Positions 23,301 to 37,436 of a stretch of DNA of 64,000 bases are shown here, piece by piece. Origin of the DNA: Blasia pusilla (lineage: Eukaryota); contig CM114271.1 of the NCBI GenBank assembly GCA_050084515.1, positions 16,120,001 to 16,184,000 on the forward strand. The letters are read 5' to 3'. Below the pieces are notes generated by a model, which was not told the origin of the DNA, did no database searches, and saw nothing but the letters and a program-made list of their open reading frames with translations. Position 1 is the first letter of the stretch; the number at the start of each line of letters is the position of its first letter. The position numbers and the translations under genes are program-made.

Positions 23301-26300
23301 AAACAAGAGCATCTAAAAAACTGCATCTTCCAATTAATATATAGATAGATGTGTGAAGTAGTATATAGATAGATATGTGAGAGGGTGACACAAAGGGTTG
23401 GATAGTGTGTACAACTGCCCTTTGTACCTGAATACAAAATTTTGTTACGGCTAATAGAAAAAAATATATCATATAATTTTATTGTCTACGTAACCAATCT
23501 CATGGGGCCTTTTTGGGCCCAAAAGTTTTGGGCGCACAAAGTTGGAGACCTTCCATGGTCATCAAGACACTAGGATTTCAGGTGCCCATGATATCTAGTT
23601 CAAAGAAGAAAAAACTTATATTATTTTAACACTCTCTTGCCATCACTCAAATGAGATAATAGTTGGTGGAGTGACCCACTCAAGAGAGTCCACATGCTAC
23701 TAATCATTAATGTAAATAGCATGACCTAATTAGTGTGCCCTCCTTTTAATGTGAAGTGAAAATAAGGTACTCAAGTAGCACAACAAGAAGATATGATAGT
23801 GCGTATAACACAATTTAAGTTAGAGGGGCCTCAAAAAAGGGATTGAAGGGGGAGGAAGGTTTTAAGTCATTTAAAATTTCCTCCTAGTGTGGAGGAAATA
23901 GAAAATGGTGTGACTTGATTTCTTGTGTCGATAGGATGTGCTACATGTTGTCACAAGACCAACGGGAAACCTCAAGTGATGTGTGGACACCACCTTTCCC
24001 ACAACTGAAGGACACATAAAATGGGGAGAAGATATGGTCACATGGTTGAAAAGATCTTTGGATGAGATTTATGTCCATCTTGTCTCCTTGATTGGATCCA
24101 TTAGAGTATTAACCACCACCTCATCAACATTCCTGATCATATGAAGATCTATTTTAGTGAAGAAACGATGCATGGAGGAATGGAATGAGCTTGAAGGGTA
24201 CCATCATAATAGCTATCACACCACTATTCCAAAGGAGTGTTGATGATACAAAAGAAAGAAAATAAAAGAATGTGCATAAGTTCAACACCAAGGATCCTAA
24301 ATTAATGCAATAGATGATTTTATTAAACAACTCGAGACATGCATATTGAAAATTTTAAAATTCAAATATATTTCTCACATGTTTTCTCAACTACTCTCAT
24401 AAATGGGGAAGGGGTCTAAATAGGGGAAATCCTCCACTTTATTCAATATGAGTTTTACAACATATTATAAATATTTGGAGATTTTTTTGCAAGGTGGATT
24501 CACACACACACAAACAAAAACTATTGATATGACATGTATCTCATGTCAAACAAAGTCTAAATAAAATAAAATCACACTCAAGTGTGGAGTTGCAGGGAGT
24601 TGCCTTTGTCTTTGGGATTTGTCAAACTTTGTAATTGAAGAGGTAAGCCAAGATGACAAATAAAGTAGCATCAACACAAGTGGCTCGATGCCCCCCCCTA
24701 CCACTCACCCACGCGGACTTTTCACATTATAGTATAGGTTAGGAGGAAGGTTGCAAACTAAAATGACATTTTAGAAATCGTATGTTTTTCAATACAAAAT
24801 TTTAAGAAAATACATATACTACTCCCATAGACACTCCCTCTTTTTTGTCCTCCCATCTAAACCATCCACGTGTCCTCCACACTTTGTTCGCTAATTACTA
24901 TCTCTTCCAAATTCGCTAATTACTGGTTAGTGGTTCCCGATTACAAAAAAACAAGAAAATAAACTTGAACACAAGCGTTTGATGGGATACAACAAATAAA
25001 AAATGAGAATGAATAATTTTGGTCGGGTAGCTTAACACCTGACCCCTTCCTCCGGGGCCTAGCTAGAATTTAGGATGCCCTCTACTCAAACACGACTGAA
25101 CGAAACAGAATGAACGGGAAGATCAACTCCAACCCAACGAAACGAAGGTAATAGGGCGTCTCAAATAGCGGGACGTAAGTCACCAATCGTATGTTAGGAT
25201 ATTGGACATAAAAGAAGGACGGTACTCTTTTACGTGAGAGGGTGGCCCAATAATAGGGGATGTCAAAGATCACCCTACATAGAATCGCCGGGGGAAGGGG
25301 TTACGGTGTAAACCCGAGACTAGCCTTGATTTGCTTTTGGAAGAAGAGGGGGTGGCAATTTTACAATGAGACACATTGAAGAATCCAAAATTAGATTTGA
25401 ATCGCACACCCATGTATTCATCACTAAACACTAGTGGGAAAAAAATAGACACAAAGAATTTGGAACCTCCTAGTAACACCAAAAAAGAATTTGGAGCCTC
25501 CTAGGAATATCACAAGGAGAAGCTAAGGAACTACCCATTTTATTTGGTTCCATATTTTTCACGCCATATGAAGTAAATAGACGGGAACATGCCTCTACGT
25601 CTGGTGTAAGAGGCAAACGTCTACCTCTTTCGGCACCCGACCTGCCGTAAGGCCATAAAAAAAATACGGACAGAAATTTGAGACGCCCTAATGGACGGAA
25701 AGACCCGTTCCGGAGATAACGATGGGTACCCCCATCATTGCGTTGGACATCGCATCATCGACAGCAGGGGGTGGAGCAGTGTGGGCAATGGCTACACGCC
25801 CTTCCATGACTTCATCGTAGTCATCGGGGCTTCATGGGAATCTAAAAGTGATGTGGCATTCATCCATTAGCGGATGCGGAAACAGGAGGCACTCGGAAGA
25901 CGTGGAGAGCAGCCGTGTCTCTCTCCCATTCGCTTCTTTTTATATTTAATATTAAATATTCCCTCGGATAGCGGAAGTTGGAAACCCGTTTCGGGTGGTA
26001 GCGGAATCGCCAAATCCTCTCGAGGAGATTTGATGACCACGTTGCCAGGGACAGCACATGCAGTACGTAATCAGCTCCCGCCAATAGAGTTGACCCCGCT
26101 CTTTACGGTGGAGGGCACGCGCATCTTTGATTCTTTCTTTCTTTGCTGCTGAGGGATGGACAACAAACGATCAGTGCAAAGACACCCTCTTTCGGCCTCG
26201 CTGCTAATCATCATTTCATTAGTGGAGAACCGTTAATCTCATCGTCATCCAGATCCGCTTAATATTTAGTTGGTGACTTCATCGGTCCGTTGATTCCGTT

Positions 26301-28954
26301 CTTCGCCGCACATCCCCTCCGTCCAGCCCTCACAAGTTCACGAGCCGGGACTTCTGTCCGACGATTAGAAACACGGCTCGTCGCTGGCACCGAGTCATTA
26401 AGAAGTACGCTAGGGTTTTTTTTAGTACTGATTAGTCGTAATTCCATGTCACCGACAATGAGAGTGAATGGATATTAATAATTGTTGGGTTGAGTAGTTA
26501 GGTTGGGTCTCGTCGGCTGATCGAGGCGAGGAAAAACTTGCTCATTTAGGTCGTAATAACTATACATTTGGTAAAATAATAATAGTTCTAAATTTTTTCA
26601 AAGTAATCAGACTTTTTTAATGATATTAGTTAAATATACATGATACGGACTTTTAACATAAAAGTATTGATAAAAAGTACACGTGAAATTTCGTTGTAAT
26701 GCAAACATCGTGTGATTGTGGTCTTGGACTTCTCATCTACTCTAAGTCAGAGGACAACTTATCAACGCACGTCCACCCCGAGCCTAATTGTAGTAGTAAG
26801 AGTGAATGGTCCGCAAGACGATTGTTAGCACCGAAAATTAATATTCTTGTTCTATGCAAAGACCAAGCTAATTCTTAAAACAGTCGAAATCAAATTTACA
26901 ATCCTATCACTTGCACACTTCCTTTTGGATGACGATCATTTGTTGCTTCCAAACTTCTATGGCACAAAGAAGCAAAATTAGTTTGAGTCTATTCATGCTC
27001 GGACTTAGGGTTTAGGTTTTCTACTCGAGGTCTAGTAAACTTAAGAGCGGGTTTACGGCTGGATTTAAAAAATTAAGTCATTTGTTGTTTCCTATCTTAA
27101 CGAGTAAGAGATTATAACACAATGGATAATCTTCCCCATTAGATCGGCAAGTTTTAGGTTCAAGTCTGGCCCTATGCCTTGAATTTAGCGAAAGTACTTA
27201 TTGTCTAACTCACATGCCGTGCACATACACATCATCGTACATATACATTGATTTCACCTCCACACTTATTTAAATACAAGATACAATACTCACTCATTGC
27301 ATCTACACACATAGATCAAGGATCTCTCCCATCCTTGATATGATGTCAATGTTCGATCTATTAACCAAGATCTTCCAAATATATGTACAATCATATATTT
27401 GGAATCAACGTCAACCTTTTTCAACATCATCGATGTTGAAAAAGAAAAAATGGATTTCCATTCGAGTAATCCAACCCTCTAATACCCTCATGACTCGAGA
27501 TGGAGTGTATGGTTCTACCTTGCATGTCGTTATCATTTTCAATATCAATGACGCTTAGGCATTCATCTCCATTACTCTTCGTGTTGCTTGGGCCTCCAAT
27601 GCTTGTGCCCTTAAGGACCAATGTTTGACTCCCAAGTTTCCATCATGACTATAGTAGAGCGGATCTTGGTTTTCATGGTGCAACCCATCAATATCAATGA
27701 TATTCAATTACTTGCGTGCATCCAACTCAAACATCTCATCTCATAATGCTACTCGGTTTGGAATATTATATACCATACTAATTGCAGTGGGTGCGATCTC
27801 TCAATGTACCTACATCCTATCCCATGAAGTCCATGGATGTATCTCTTGACCATCTTTGTGTAGCAAGTTGCTAAACAGGCATAACTGATGGGACGTGGCT
27901 CTCACACTCACATACCACCATGGAGAATGAAATTTTGCAATGAGAGAATGAGTTGAGGTTGATCCCCTTCTCAATTATATAAGGTATGTACAAGTAGCCC
28001 TAATTCTAATCCTAACCATAGTCTCGAGTTATACCAAATGTGGTTAACTAATCCTAGTTAAGATCATAATGCTTAACTAACTAACCAAGAGTAAGCTTTC
28101 CTACTTTGTGTGAGTACCAAAGATAATAGTTTATGTGCATGATGAGCTTGACTATAACTTAGTCTTCAATACTCTGATCTTATTTCCAACCAATAATTTT
28201 ACCGCCTTAGTAGATTGGGAGCTAATAAGAGCAACAGAGGTGATCAATCATAATCGCATTTAACGCTACTCTGTTACTTTTAGGGTGAGAATCCATATAA
28301 AGCATTTTAAGTCCATTTCTTGATCCAAAGTATTACATTGGGAGATTTATGATATTAATGGTAGTATCGTTATTCCTATGGAGAACCCCATAATGTATTT
28401 TTCTCATCGAAGTTAGGCTCCATCAACCGATGTTTCTGATTATCCCAAACCAAGCAAGGATTGGCTTTCTCAAATATATAGGAGGCAAAAAAAAACTCAC
28501 AAATATGGAGAAGGCTTATTATAGCACGAAAACCCTAGTGACTACTCTTAATACAAGTCGATCATCATTCCTTCTTGTCTATGATTGACGTCTAATATCC
28601 AAGATGGAATCCACTAATAAATGAGGGAAGCTCTCTACTCTCCCATATACCCTCCTCAAAACCTCATATGGCATCAAGTTCATCTATCAAAGGTGTGAAT
28701 AATGTGCTTGTGAACCTATGCTTATTGCATCCAAACAAAATATCGGGTCAATCCAATCAAGAACTTGATGTAAACTTGTTATCACACGCGCGTGAGATAA
28801 CAAGGTCCCAAATTGGCACCTTCTCCAAAATATAAGTTGGAGAATGAGACTATTACTCTTGAAAAGGCCATAAGGTCCTAGTTGTCTCACAAAACAACCT
28901 AGATGCATGTTGTTTTGGGAGATGGTAAAGATACCTTTACCATCTTCTGTTCAA

Positions 28955-29310
28955 CAAAGAGAGAATGATGTCTCAAGCTCACTCTCCTTGGGTATACCCT
29001 TTCCCTTTGCCCAAGCTCTCTCCTTGGTCATATGTGCACAAAAATCATCTCCTTGGCTCTTGACTCGAAGTAGGAATTAAGCATTCAAAGTCCATTTATC
29101 GAAATGGAGAGGAAATTAGCCTCACAATAAGAAGTTACCCAAAATAACAAGTTCCTCAATATAGTTCCAAAAGAGTCCAAAATAGGGAAAAACCTGCTCT
29201 CTTAGGTTATCCTAGTCATTAATAGGTCATCCTTGGCCTTATGAGATTGTCTTGCAAGCTTCTCGAAGACAACCAATTGAAACTCGTCGATCCATTACAA
29301 AAAAATGACA
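28955..29310 (-). mobile_element. Old diverged fragment of terminal repeat A
   Basis: ctccttgggtataccc...cccaagctctctcc...ctccttggctcttgac...aagttcctcaatata...aacctgctctc...tgaca is the reverse complement of the 5' part of A. Confidence 0.7.
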
Positions 29311-29914
29311 AACCTCCGGCCCTCCTTGAACTAATTTGAGGATGAGTAGACGAAAGGGAAAAGTAAGGTTATGTATAAAAGATGGGGAAACCCATTATAA
29401 GTACAAGGAGTTGAGACTCAATTAGTAGGGGAGCGCCAAGGCCACATCAAACGGAGGGCAAAAAAAAAAAAAAAAAAAAGGAATCCCATAAAATCTAATA
29501 TTATTAACTCCATAAATAGTATAAGATGAAAAAACATGATAAAAAGTAAGAGGATCTCTAAAAAGGTTCGGCATTAAAAAAGTTGACATACGGTGATCTA
29601 TCGATCCAAATTTCCAAATTTTGAAGTAGAAGGATGTCATCATCAAGAAAACAAAAGTTGAAATGAGGCCTTGTGATGATTCATTGGGATGTAGAAGTTT
29701 GAGGTTATGGCCATTGTCCAAACTTCATATTACAGCAAAGTATGAAATCTTATTTCCATTAGCATAATTTTTTTGAATTTATTTTCTTTTATAAACCACA
29801 TATGTGGCCTTTTATGAGGGAAAGAAAATTAGACGTCAAAAGGTTAATTTGAGATGCTCTGTTCTTGCATTGAAGGCATCTCATTTAGCCTTTGGGACCT
29901 ACTTTCTCTTTATC

Positions 29915-30061
29915 TATGCAAAAACACTACTACACAACATTTATCATTTTCAACATTCATACTTATAAAACAAGATACCACATTCGTTCATGGAATCAAG
30001 ATATAAAAATGATCATGCACTTAAAAGATCGCCAATAAATGTAGAAATCATATCTCACATA

Positions 30062-30097
<36 letters not shown>

Positions 30098-30280
30098 CCA
30101 AACCCACTTGATCTCATGAGAAAATGCTTGGATTATTCACTTGGCAAGGATGCTCATTTCTTTACTATTTCATGGAAGGGGATTCAATAAAAAGAGAACG
30201 AGTTCTCACCTCAATGACATATGCAAACAAATCACCTCTTCAATCCTAACCTATATAAGGTGAAGAGACACTTCCAACCA
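29915..30280 (-). mobile_element. Highly diverged A-B unit fragment
   Basis: ctacacaacat...catggaatc...ccaataaa (B-like) joined to gaaatcatatctcac...aaaccaaacccact...ggcaagg...aaatcacctc (A-like). Confidence 0.55.
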
Positions 30281-31364
30281 TGAACAAAAAAATTTCAATT
30301 AAAAAAATTATTAGTATTGACATTTTTTTAATGCTATGCTTTGAAGAAAGTGAGAAAAATGAAAAGTCACCAAGTCTAAATAGCTTCAAATAAGCCCAAA
30401 ATAACATGAAAAATTAAATTACCATGCCCTCAATATATTATCTTCAACCTACCGAAATTGATACTCAACCTTCCTAGATATGCCATGTGTTGTTACATCT
30501 TTCTTCTCATGTTTTTCTTCTATTCTTCTATTTTTTTAATTTAAATAAGTTAGTAGAGAGTAAAATTTGGACTCTTGGAAAGGGGACGAGTTTTGTGAAG
30601 TATGCTATAGTATAAGCTTAAGCGGAAGCTGTCTCTTGGACTTCCTTAATACCATAAGTAGAGTGCCATATACTCCATCTTAACAATGAAGTTATGTTTG
30701 CAAGAAGTAAATATCTCTCTACTTGCATGTGCAAATCTTATTGATTCTCATATTAGAAAGTAGCTAAGCCTCCAAACCTTAAATAAGAAGCACTATGTTT
30801 CCTTTCACCTCGTAGAACTCCAATAGGTTTAGGGCATGTAGATTTTCTTTTGAACGTACATCACAAAACAAGAACAATATGATGCTTAAGAGAAAACTTA
30901 AATATCCTAAATGATATGATCTATATTTATTAACCCAAAATTTGATCACTTGTAAAACCAATGTATTTAAAAGGAATTGGCATACGAAATCATTTTGTTT
31001 TCAAAGGCACCCTATTACAAAAAGTTGCAAATTTGACTTTCATGTGAATAACTCATCTTTCCTTGTGCACAAGGAGATCATTATATTTCTCAATTCAAGA
31101 GGATGGAAGTTGACATTAGCTATGAAAAATATTGAAGTGTTCCAAAGACTATTGATTTGTTACACGAGGTTATAGTGCCTTACATGTCGTGCACATACAC
31201 TCTTCAATGTTGGTATTTACTAGTTGATTACACCTTCATTACTAATCTACACCCAGACACATTCTCATTGGCCATATTTTAGTTCAGATCAGCATTGCAT
31301 CTCTCGATTGTGGATCTTGGATTACCCTTCAAGCTCTACGGTCCTAAACATGGTTAGATATTGA

Positions 31365-32142
31365 TGTAACGTCTCACTCCCTAACACACTCAAGCCATTA
31401 AAGACTTGGGATACACTTCCTTGATAGTCTAGGGACTTGAAATGACACTAGTGCGCCTAGAAGTCCCATTTGCACAATGGACTTGATAGAGTCTCTACCC
31501 ATAACTCAATATTTGAGCCCTAGTCCAAGGTCTAAGGTTATGGTCCAAAACTAGACTACTTAGACTTAGATTGGTGTCAAAAATCCAAAGCCAATCTCTA
31601 AGTGCATCCCATGCCCTTACTACAACCCTCATGGTTCCCAAGGTGGGATTGAGGTTCCAAACTCTTTTGGAGATCCTCCTCCTTATATGGTTTTAGAGAT
31701 CCTCCAACCCAAACTTTCATTTTGAATGTTTTGGATTTGTTTGAGGAGGTTTACTTGGAGCTTTGGTGCCTTGAAAGTGGCTCGTCACAAGCTTTCCAAC
31801 TCCATTTTATTCATCCCAAACATAGCTTGGATCTACTCCTTATGAATGAGCTAAAACGTGGGGATTCATCAAATGCTTGAGTTAGATATGAAGTTAGGTT
31901 GCAACCTCCTCATAGTCTAACTCTTGTGGGACTTGAACTCTTCTCAAGTTCCACCCTACGTTCGATCATGTTTTCCCAAGTCACAATGATAATCATTTGA
32001 GACGCCCATTTAGACTCGCATCTCGCTTCTAAACCTCATATTTCACTCATGAGATTATATTTCGTGTCCATCCTTGTGAGTTCACTAAAATTTCAATCTT
32101 CCACATTCATGCGCTTTTGATTATTAGGGTTTCAACATTACA
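31365..32142. mobile_element. Probable solo LTR distantly related to the 11334-12361 LTR, in the opposite orientation
   Basis: Ends TGTAAC...ATTACA. Colinear patches ctttggtgc.ttg.aag, ttatt.atcccaaa, aactc.tctcaagt and gtgagt.cact match the reverse complement of 11334-12361. No TSD seen. Confidence 0.6.
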
Positions 32143-32304
32143 TGCTTGAACTTTGCTATCTTTTAATAGGTCTAAACCTCCATCTTATGTGCTTACCTTA
32201 CTCCCGGCTCCATGTGGCCTTGATGTTTCCCAATTTCTTTCATACAGGGCCAGATCCCATGCGCACCATGGACGAACTGGCGACCATTGAGGGATCACCT
32301 ATTT

Positions 32305-32485
32305 TTCTACGCCCAAAACTTTTGGACACAAAACGAATTGGCGACCTCGACTTCCTACGCCCGAAACTTTTGGACACAAAACGAACCGGCGACCTCGACA
32401 TTCTACGGCCGAAACTTTTGAACACAAAACGAACTGGCGACCTCGACATTCTATGCCCAAAACTTTTGGACACAAAATGAATTGG
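32305..32485. repeat. 48-bp minisatellite, ~3.7 copies
   Basis: Unit cgcccaaaacttttggacacaaaacgaattggcgacctcgacttccta. Confidence 0.92.
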
Positions 32486-33309
32486 GACCTTTTAGTAGTT
32501 ACCGGAAGTAGTTATTAGGCAGGGGGCGTTTTCTTGCATAAACCGGTGGTGAGATGTTTTGGACAGAGAAATGAAAGTCTTGTGCAACCGCAAGCGTGTC
32601 CATGGAATCGGGCTCTCATATAGGGAAGCTAAGATTAAGGCTCACTTATTACCCGAGTTGAGAATCGAAACTCGGATGTCTCGCGAAATAGAATCTTTTT
32701 CCATGGACGACGGAAGTCCACACCAAAAGCCCATATGCATCCGGACTAATTAGCTTCGAGGAGGGATCTTTCTCAAACGCTAAATCAGGCGCAGGTCCTG
32801 AGCCACGAGAGAGGAAGATCGGCGCATGATTGAGTGCAGATTCGTTGCCCGCGACAAAAAACTCAATATGCTCGGGCAATGATGGAGTAAGTACGAACGA
32901 GGGATATGGCGCGAAGTGCAAACACAAAGACAAGACGAGTCCAATGACTCCAATCATCTAGGATCGCAGGACTCGCAGTTACGCAGACAGTAACAGCCTT
33001 CGGCCCTTCCCAAGTTCGATGAAGCTCGAAAGAGATGGAGAGCATCGATTCTAATTCTACGCTTGGACAAAGAGAGAGAGAGCGAGAGTCGGTTTTTGTT
33101 CTCTGTTCTTTGCAGCTTTAACACATAAGGAAGTCGGCGGGGTGCACTCATCGCGGTCCAAGAATAGTACGAGGAACGCAATCATGCGTCGCCGCTGCGG
33201 CGCGGCAGCATGGCAGAGCAGCGGGAGAGAAGGGGCAGTTTTGGCGATGAAAGAAGGAGGATTGTAGGAAGGAAAGCGGAACGCAGGAGAGGCGGGCGGT
33301 ACGGGAAGA

Positions 33310-33355
33310 AAACAAAGATGCACTTCGATAAAAACGAGTGATGGAAAACCCATCG
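33310..33355 (-). mobile_element. 46-bp isolated copy of the LINE 3' tail
   Basis: 45 of 46 bases identical to 42490-42535. Confidence 0.75.
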
Positions 33356-36300
33356 CTATCCTCTCGTCCCGGCGGCCGGGCGGCGCCATCGCGCGCGCCC
33401 GTCCCCGCGGGACCTCGTCCCCCCCTCGCGGGCGGGAACGGAGAAGAGAAGAGAAGGCGGCAAAGAAAGAGAGGGCCCGAATGATTTGTGAGGGAAGCAA
33501 GGCGGGCGGAGAGGAGAGAGGAGAGGGCTGGCAAAGGACAGAAGTCGGTGGAGACGAAATCTCTACAAGATTTGGCCGCTGACAGTTATGATGACGAGCT
33601 ATTTTCCGCATTCAATAACGGAGCAGATTTCTTAAAGAAAGCGCTCCTTGGAATGGTTTGGCCCAGTGTTGCCTCCGTCCGTTCCTCCGTCCGTCTGTCA
33701 GGTGTCCGTGCGTCCCGGAAGGCGGGCGTGACATGCAAGCATAGCTGTCTTGTCTTTCAGTGGGACATTTTCTTTGGCTTGGAACGATCGGGCCCCGCCC
33801 CGCCCCGTCCCGTCCCGTCCCGTCCCCCCCCCAGGGACGACGCGGGGAAGGAAGTGTTTGTTGGTAACAGATTTCGGGCAGAAGAAGCTGCAGGAGCAGG
33901 GGGGCAACTGGTCATCACGAGCATCGCTGCTCGCTCGTGATTTCTGGTGCATGAGGAACAGACAGCCGCAAAGCACGTACAACCGAGCGCAACACGAATC
34001 GGCCCTTCCGTGAGCCCTCATTTTTGTCCCCCGGCGCACGGCCGTCTTTACTGGCGAAACCTATACAGAACTCTCTTCTCGCCGTGCTTTTTAAACATTA
34101 AAAATTATTATTGTCGTCGTCATCATCGTCGTCGCCGGTAGCCCGGGCGCAGACGGTGCGATGTGCATTACGCCTAAAGCCATTCGTTCGTTCGAGCCTG
34201 AGCTCCCTTTGCGTGTGGTGGACTCCGCTGCGAGCGAACTTTCCTCGTGATCTGGCGCGCCTTAGCGGGAGGCGGAGAACGCGTAGCCGGCTGGGGGCGA
34301 GGCGGGCGGGCGGGGCGAGGGGAGAAAGGGATCGGCTCGGGAGATGTGAAGGGGAGCGTGAGAAGCGATGAACTTCACCGCTTCCAAATCTAGAGAGGCC
34401 CACTGCTGCGTGAAGGTTTTGCACCGCACTCAAGAATACGACAGCGGGATTGATGGATGCTGGTGTTGCCGGTGAGCGAGACCATCATTCAGGCTTTCTT
34501 GCACGGTTACATCTACAGGGAGACGACACAGAAGCGCAGCGCGAACAGCACCATTTTCCGTCTGACAGCTTCCGTTTGCGACAAACAACTTTTGAAAGGT
34601 GCAGGATCAGTGCATCACATGTGTACTATACACACATTGAAGGAATACACGTTTGCAAATTATTGCGAGGGTCTGATGTCACACCCGAGACTGTGGAGGC
34701 ACCAGGGCCTCAATACCTTCTCCTCTTGGGAAGGGGTACACTTTATCTTGCCTGGTTGTGTCACTCCGTCCATTTTCTCCACTTATCCATTGGACATCTG
34801 TCACTGTTCCACATTTCACTGTTACTGTCACCACTTTATCGCATACCGTCTCGACGCGGATCTTACGAGACCCGTGCGCGATCCACATAAACTTTAACTG
34901 TTCCCCCGCCTTCTGTAATGTGCGCGCGCAATACAGAAGTCGAGTGGCCGCTTCCAGCGCTGAGCGAATTTCCAAGTCTGACAGGCGAGCTCGAGTTTAA
35001 CCATCCGTCCGTTCGTCGCTTTCTTCCTCGTCAGGCGTGGGCAAATCATTTGGACTTTCTCTTTCCGGAAAACGCCTAGATCTTCTCTCCTACGCACCCG
35101 GCCATTTCGCCGGTGGAAAATTTAATGCCCATACACTATTCATCGTCATGCACGGTTCCTCTCGAGTTCGGAACATCGGGCGCGGACGAAATTCAAGCGG
35201 AACAACGACGGCTTGGCGCACAACGCTGATCCTCAATGATATTTTAATCCCCGATGTGGACTACATTTATCGAACCGATCACTAGCTGCTTCCTCAAAAT
35301 GTGTTGGCATAGTTCTCTCGACTGGGGAGAGCGAAACTAAGCTGAAGGTCCAAGGAAACACAGCTCGGCACACAATCATAGATATCAATCGAATAGACCT
35401 GCATTCTCATCCCCACCGACGACTCCATAACTCTCAATACACGTGTCACTGCCCCAGTTGGAAAGAAGAGGGGGACGAACGCAACTTCGGAGAAGCAGGC
35501 ACACAGTTTCAATGTCTACAGATACTCTATAATCCTGCGACTCGAAGGAAATCCGCTCACTCAAAGGTTTTCCCTCGGATTGCACAGTCTTCTCTCTCCC
35601 AGTATGAACCAAGTCGACTTGTAACAAAGTTTTGGAAAGAAATATTCCTTAGGCCCCCTCTTGCCGACGTATGCGAGTATGGGCCACAATTTTGGCTCGA
35701 TCCGCTCTCGGGCATACAGACTGAGACTAAATTTCGACAGATCATTGCCGCAGAGTAACAACCCCGACCACCTTCCTGTACATCTCCTAAAACAAATTTT
35801 ACACGAGAAGATCGCAGCTGAAGCTTCTGTTGATTACACGTACACTCGCGATTCAATACAGGTCATCACTTCGCTAGAACGTGGAACGCGTCACTGAATC
35901 TATACTAGCCATGAATATATCTTCGGCATTGTGTTGGATCAGATAGGAAGAGTAATATCTCGGTATTTCCACATCACGTCAAGATATCACCACACGTATA
36001 TAAACAGGTTAGATGCGCATCTCACTCCCTGCCGATCAAAAGAGACTACCTCCATAACAGCATTAGTTGGATTAGTTGGACATGATCCTCCCGTCGAGAA
36101 ACCTCGCTGCTTCAAGAGGTTAAGAAAATCTGAAGAGAAGCTGCGGAAGGCTCACGACCGAAAAATGTACGTGCAATGCTCGACTTGTCTACCGTAGGGC
36201 GAAGATAAAAACCTGTCGTGCAAGTGAAAATTATAATCCCAAATAATTACGCCACAAATCCATCCACACGAACAATTCTCAAAACGAAAACGAGGTGACA

Positions 36301-36521
36301 AACGAGAGATCCAGAAATGTTTTGATTGCCATCACGTTGGAATGGATGATATCACAGATAGCCCATGATTTAGTATAAACAAATCAGTGTTGTTGGTGAA
36401 TGTACCAAGCTTAAACACGAAAAAATTAAGAGGCTTATTGCCAAAGATCAAGAGGCTACTTCTGTAAATCTCTTTGCGATGTGCTGTTCCCCTCGGCCTA
36501 ATCTACATCCGTCAGTATACA

Positions 36522-37436
36522 TCACGCCCGACTGCACAGTGGCAGGGTAGGGCCACATGATCCAACCCAACCGAACAGGAGGGGTGTTACTTTCTTATCG
36601 AACTCTAAGTCACTGGGGATATTATGTCCCACCATGCTTTTATCTTCGACAAAAGCTCCACAAGCGGGATCGTTCTCAACAGTGCACTGATCAGCAGATG
36701 GGGGCATGTTCAAATCGAGGAAAGGCAAAGAACGGGTCGGCTTAGCCTCAGGAACGCATACGGTATCCGTGTCCAAGATAACTGACGAGGAAGAATCACA
36801 GTCGCTATGGCAAGCACGTGTTTCCAAACCTTGGTGGACAACACCTTTCCCCAACCAATCCCTAGCGACTTCTCTTCTTTCGGCACCGCTCGACGATTTC
36901 TTACCCGCTTTTGCCCTCTTATCAGAATGATTCACGTCCTCGAAGAGTGCTACGACCGTGCGCTTGTTCGCAAGGGTGCAAGTAACACCTTCCGCAGGAC
37001 TCCGACACGATCGAGAAACGCTCACGCTTTTCATGGCCACACCCCTACTGCTCGGTTCTTCCAGTGATGCGAATTCATTCGCGGAAACGTTTAGATCCAG
37101 CCGACTCCGCCATGAATCGGTAGGCCCGGCACGTTGGAGGTTCTTCGGACTGCTCCACGACTCGACAGTGGAGCTTTGGCTGGTACTCTGATCATCGCAG
37201 GGAGTCGCGAAGTTGGTCTTCGCTTTAGATCCCCGTAAGGCTCTTGCTGCAGAGTCATAGGCTCTGGCAGCCTCTTCCGCAGTATCGAAGGTTCCCAACC
37301 ACACGCGCGTCTTCTTCCACGGATCTCTAATCTCAGCGGCGAACCTACCCCAAGGCCTCTTCCTCACGCCTCTGAAATGGGCACCCTGCTCTGCTTGGTG
37401 TGCCTTGCTGGTTGGCTCCTCATCCCTCAGGGCCAT
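36522..37436 (-). CDS. AP2/ERF transcription factor, group VIII (ERF3/ERF4-like EAR repressor), 304 aa, intronless
   Basis: AP2 domain [57 protein letters not shown]; group VIII motifs SQSSTVES and [15 protein letters not shown] motif FLDLNMPP. First ATG at 37436, stop at 36522-36524. Confidence 0.96.
   Translation of the reverse strand: MALRDEEPTSKAHQAEQGAHFRGVRKRPWGRFAAEIRDPWKKTRVWLGTFDTAEEAARAYDSAARALRGSKAKTNFATPCDDQSTSQSSTVESWSSPKNLQRAGPTDSWRSRLDLNVSANEFASLEEPSSRGVAMKSVSVSRSCRSPAEGVTCTLANKRTVVALFEDVNHSDKRAKAGKKSSSGAERREVARDWLGKGVVHQGLETRACHSDCDSSSSVILDTDTVCVPEAKPTRSLPFLDLNMPPSADQCTVENDPACGAFVEDKSMVGHNIPSDLEFDKKVTPLLFGWVGSCGPTLPLCSRA

Noticed and set aside
35555-35578. Resemblance to miR477
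   Set aside because: Several mismatches and no foldback partner seen.
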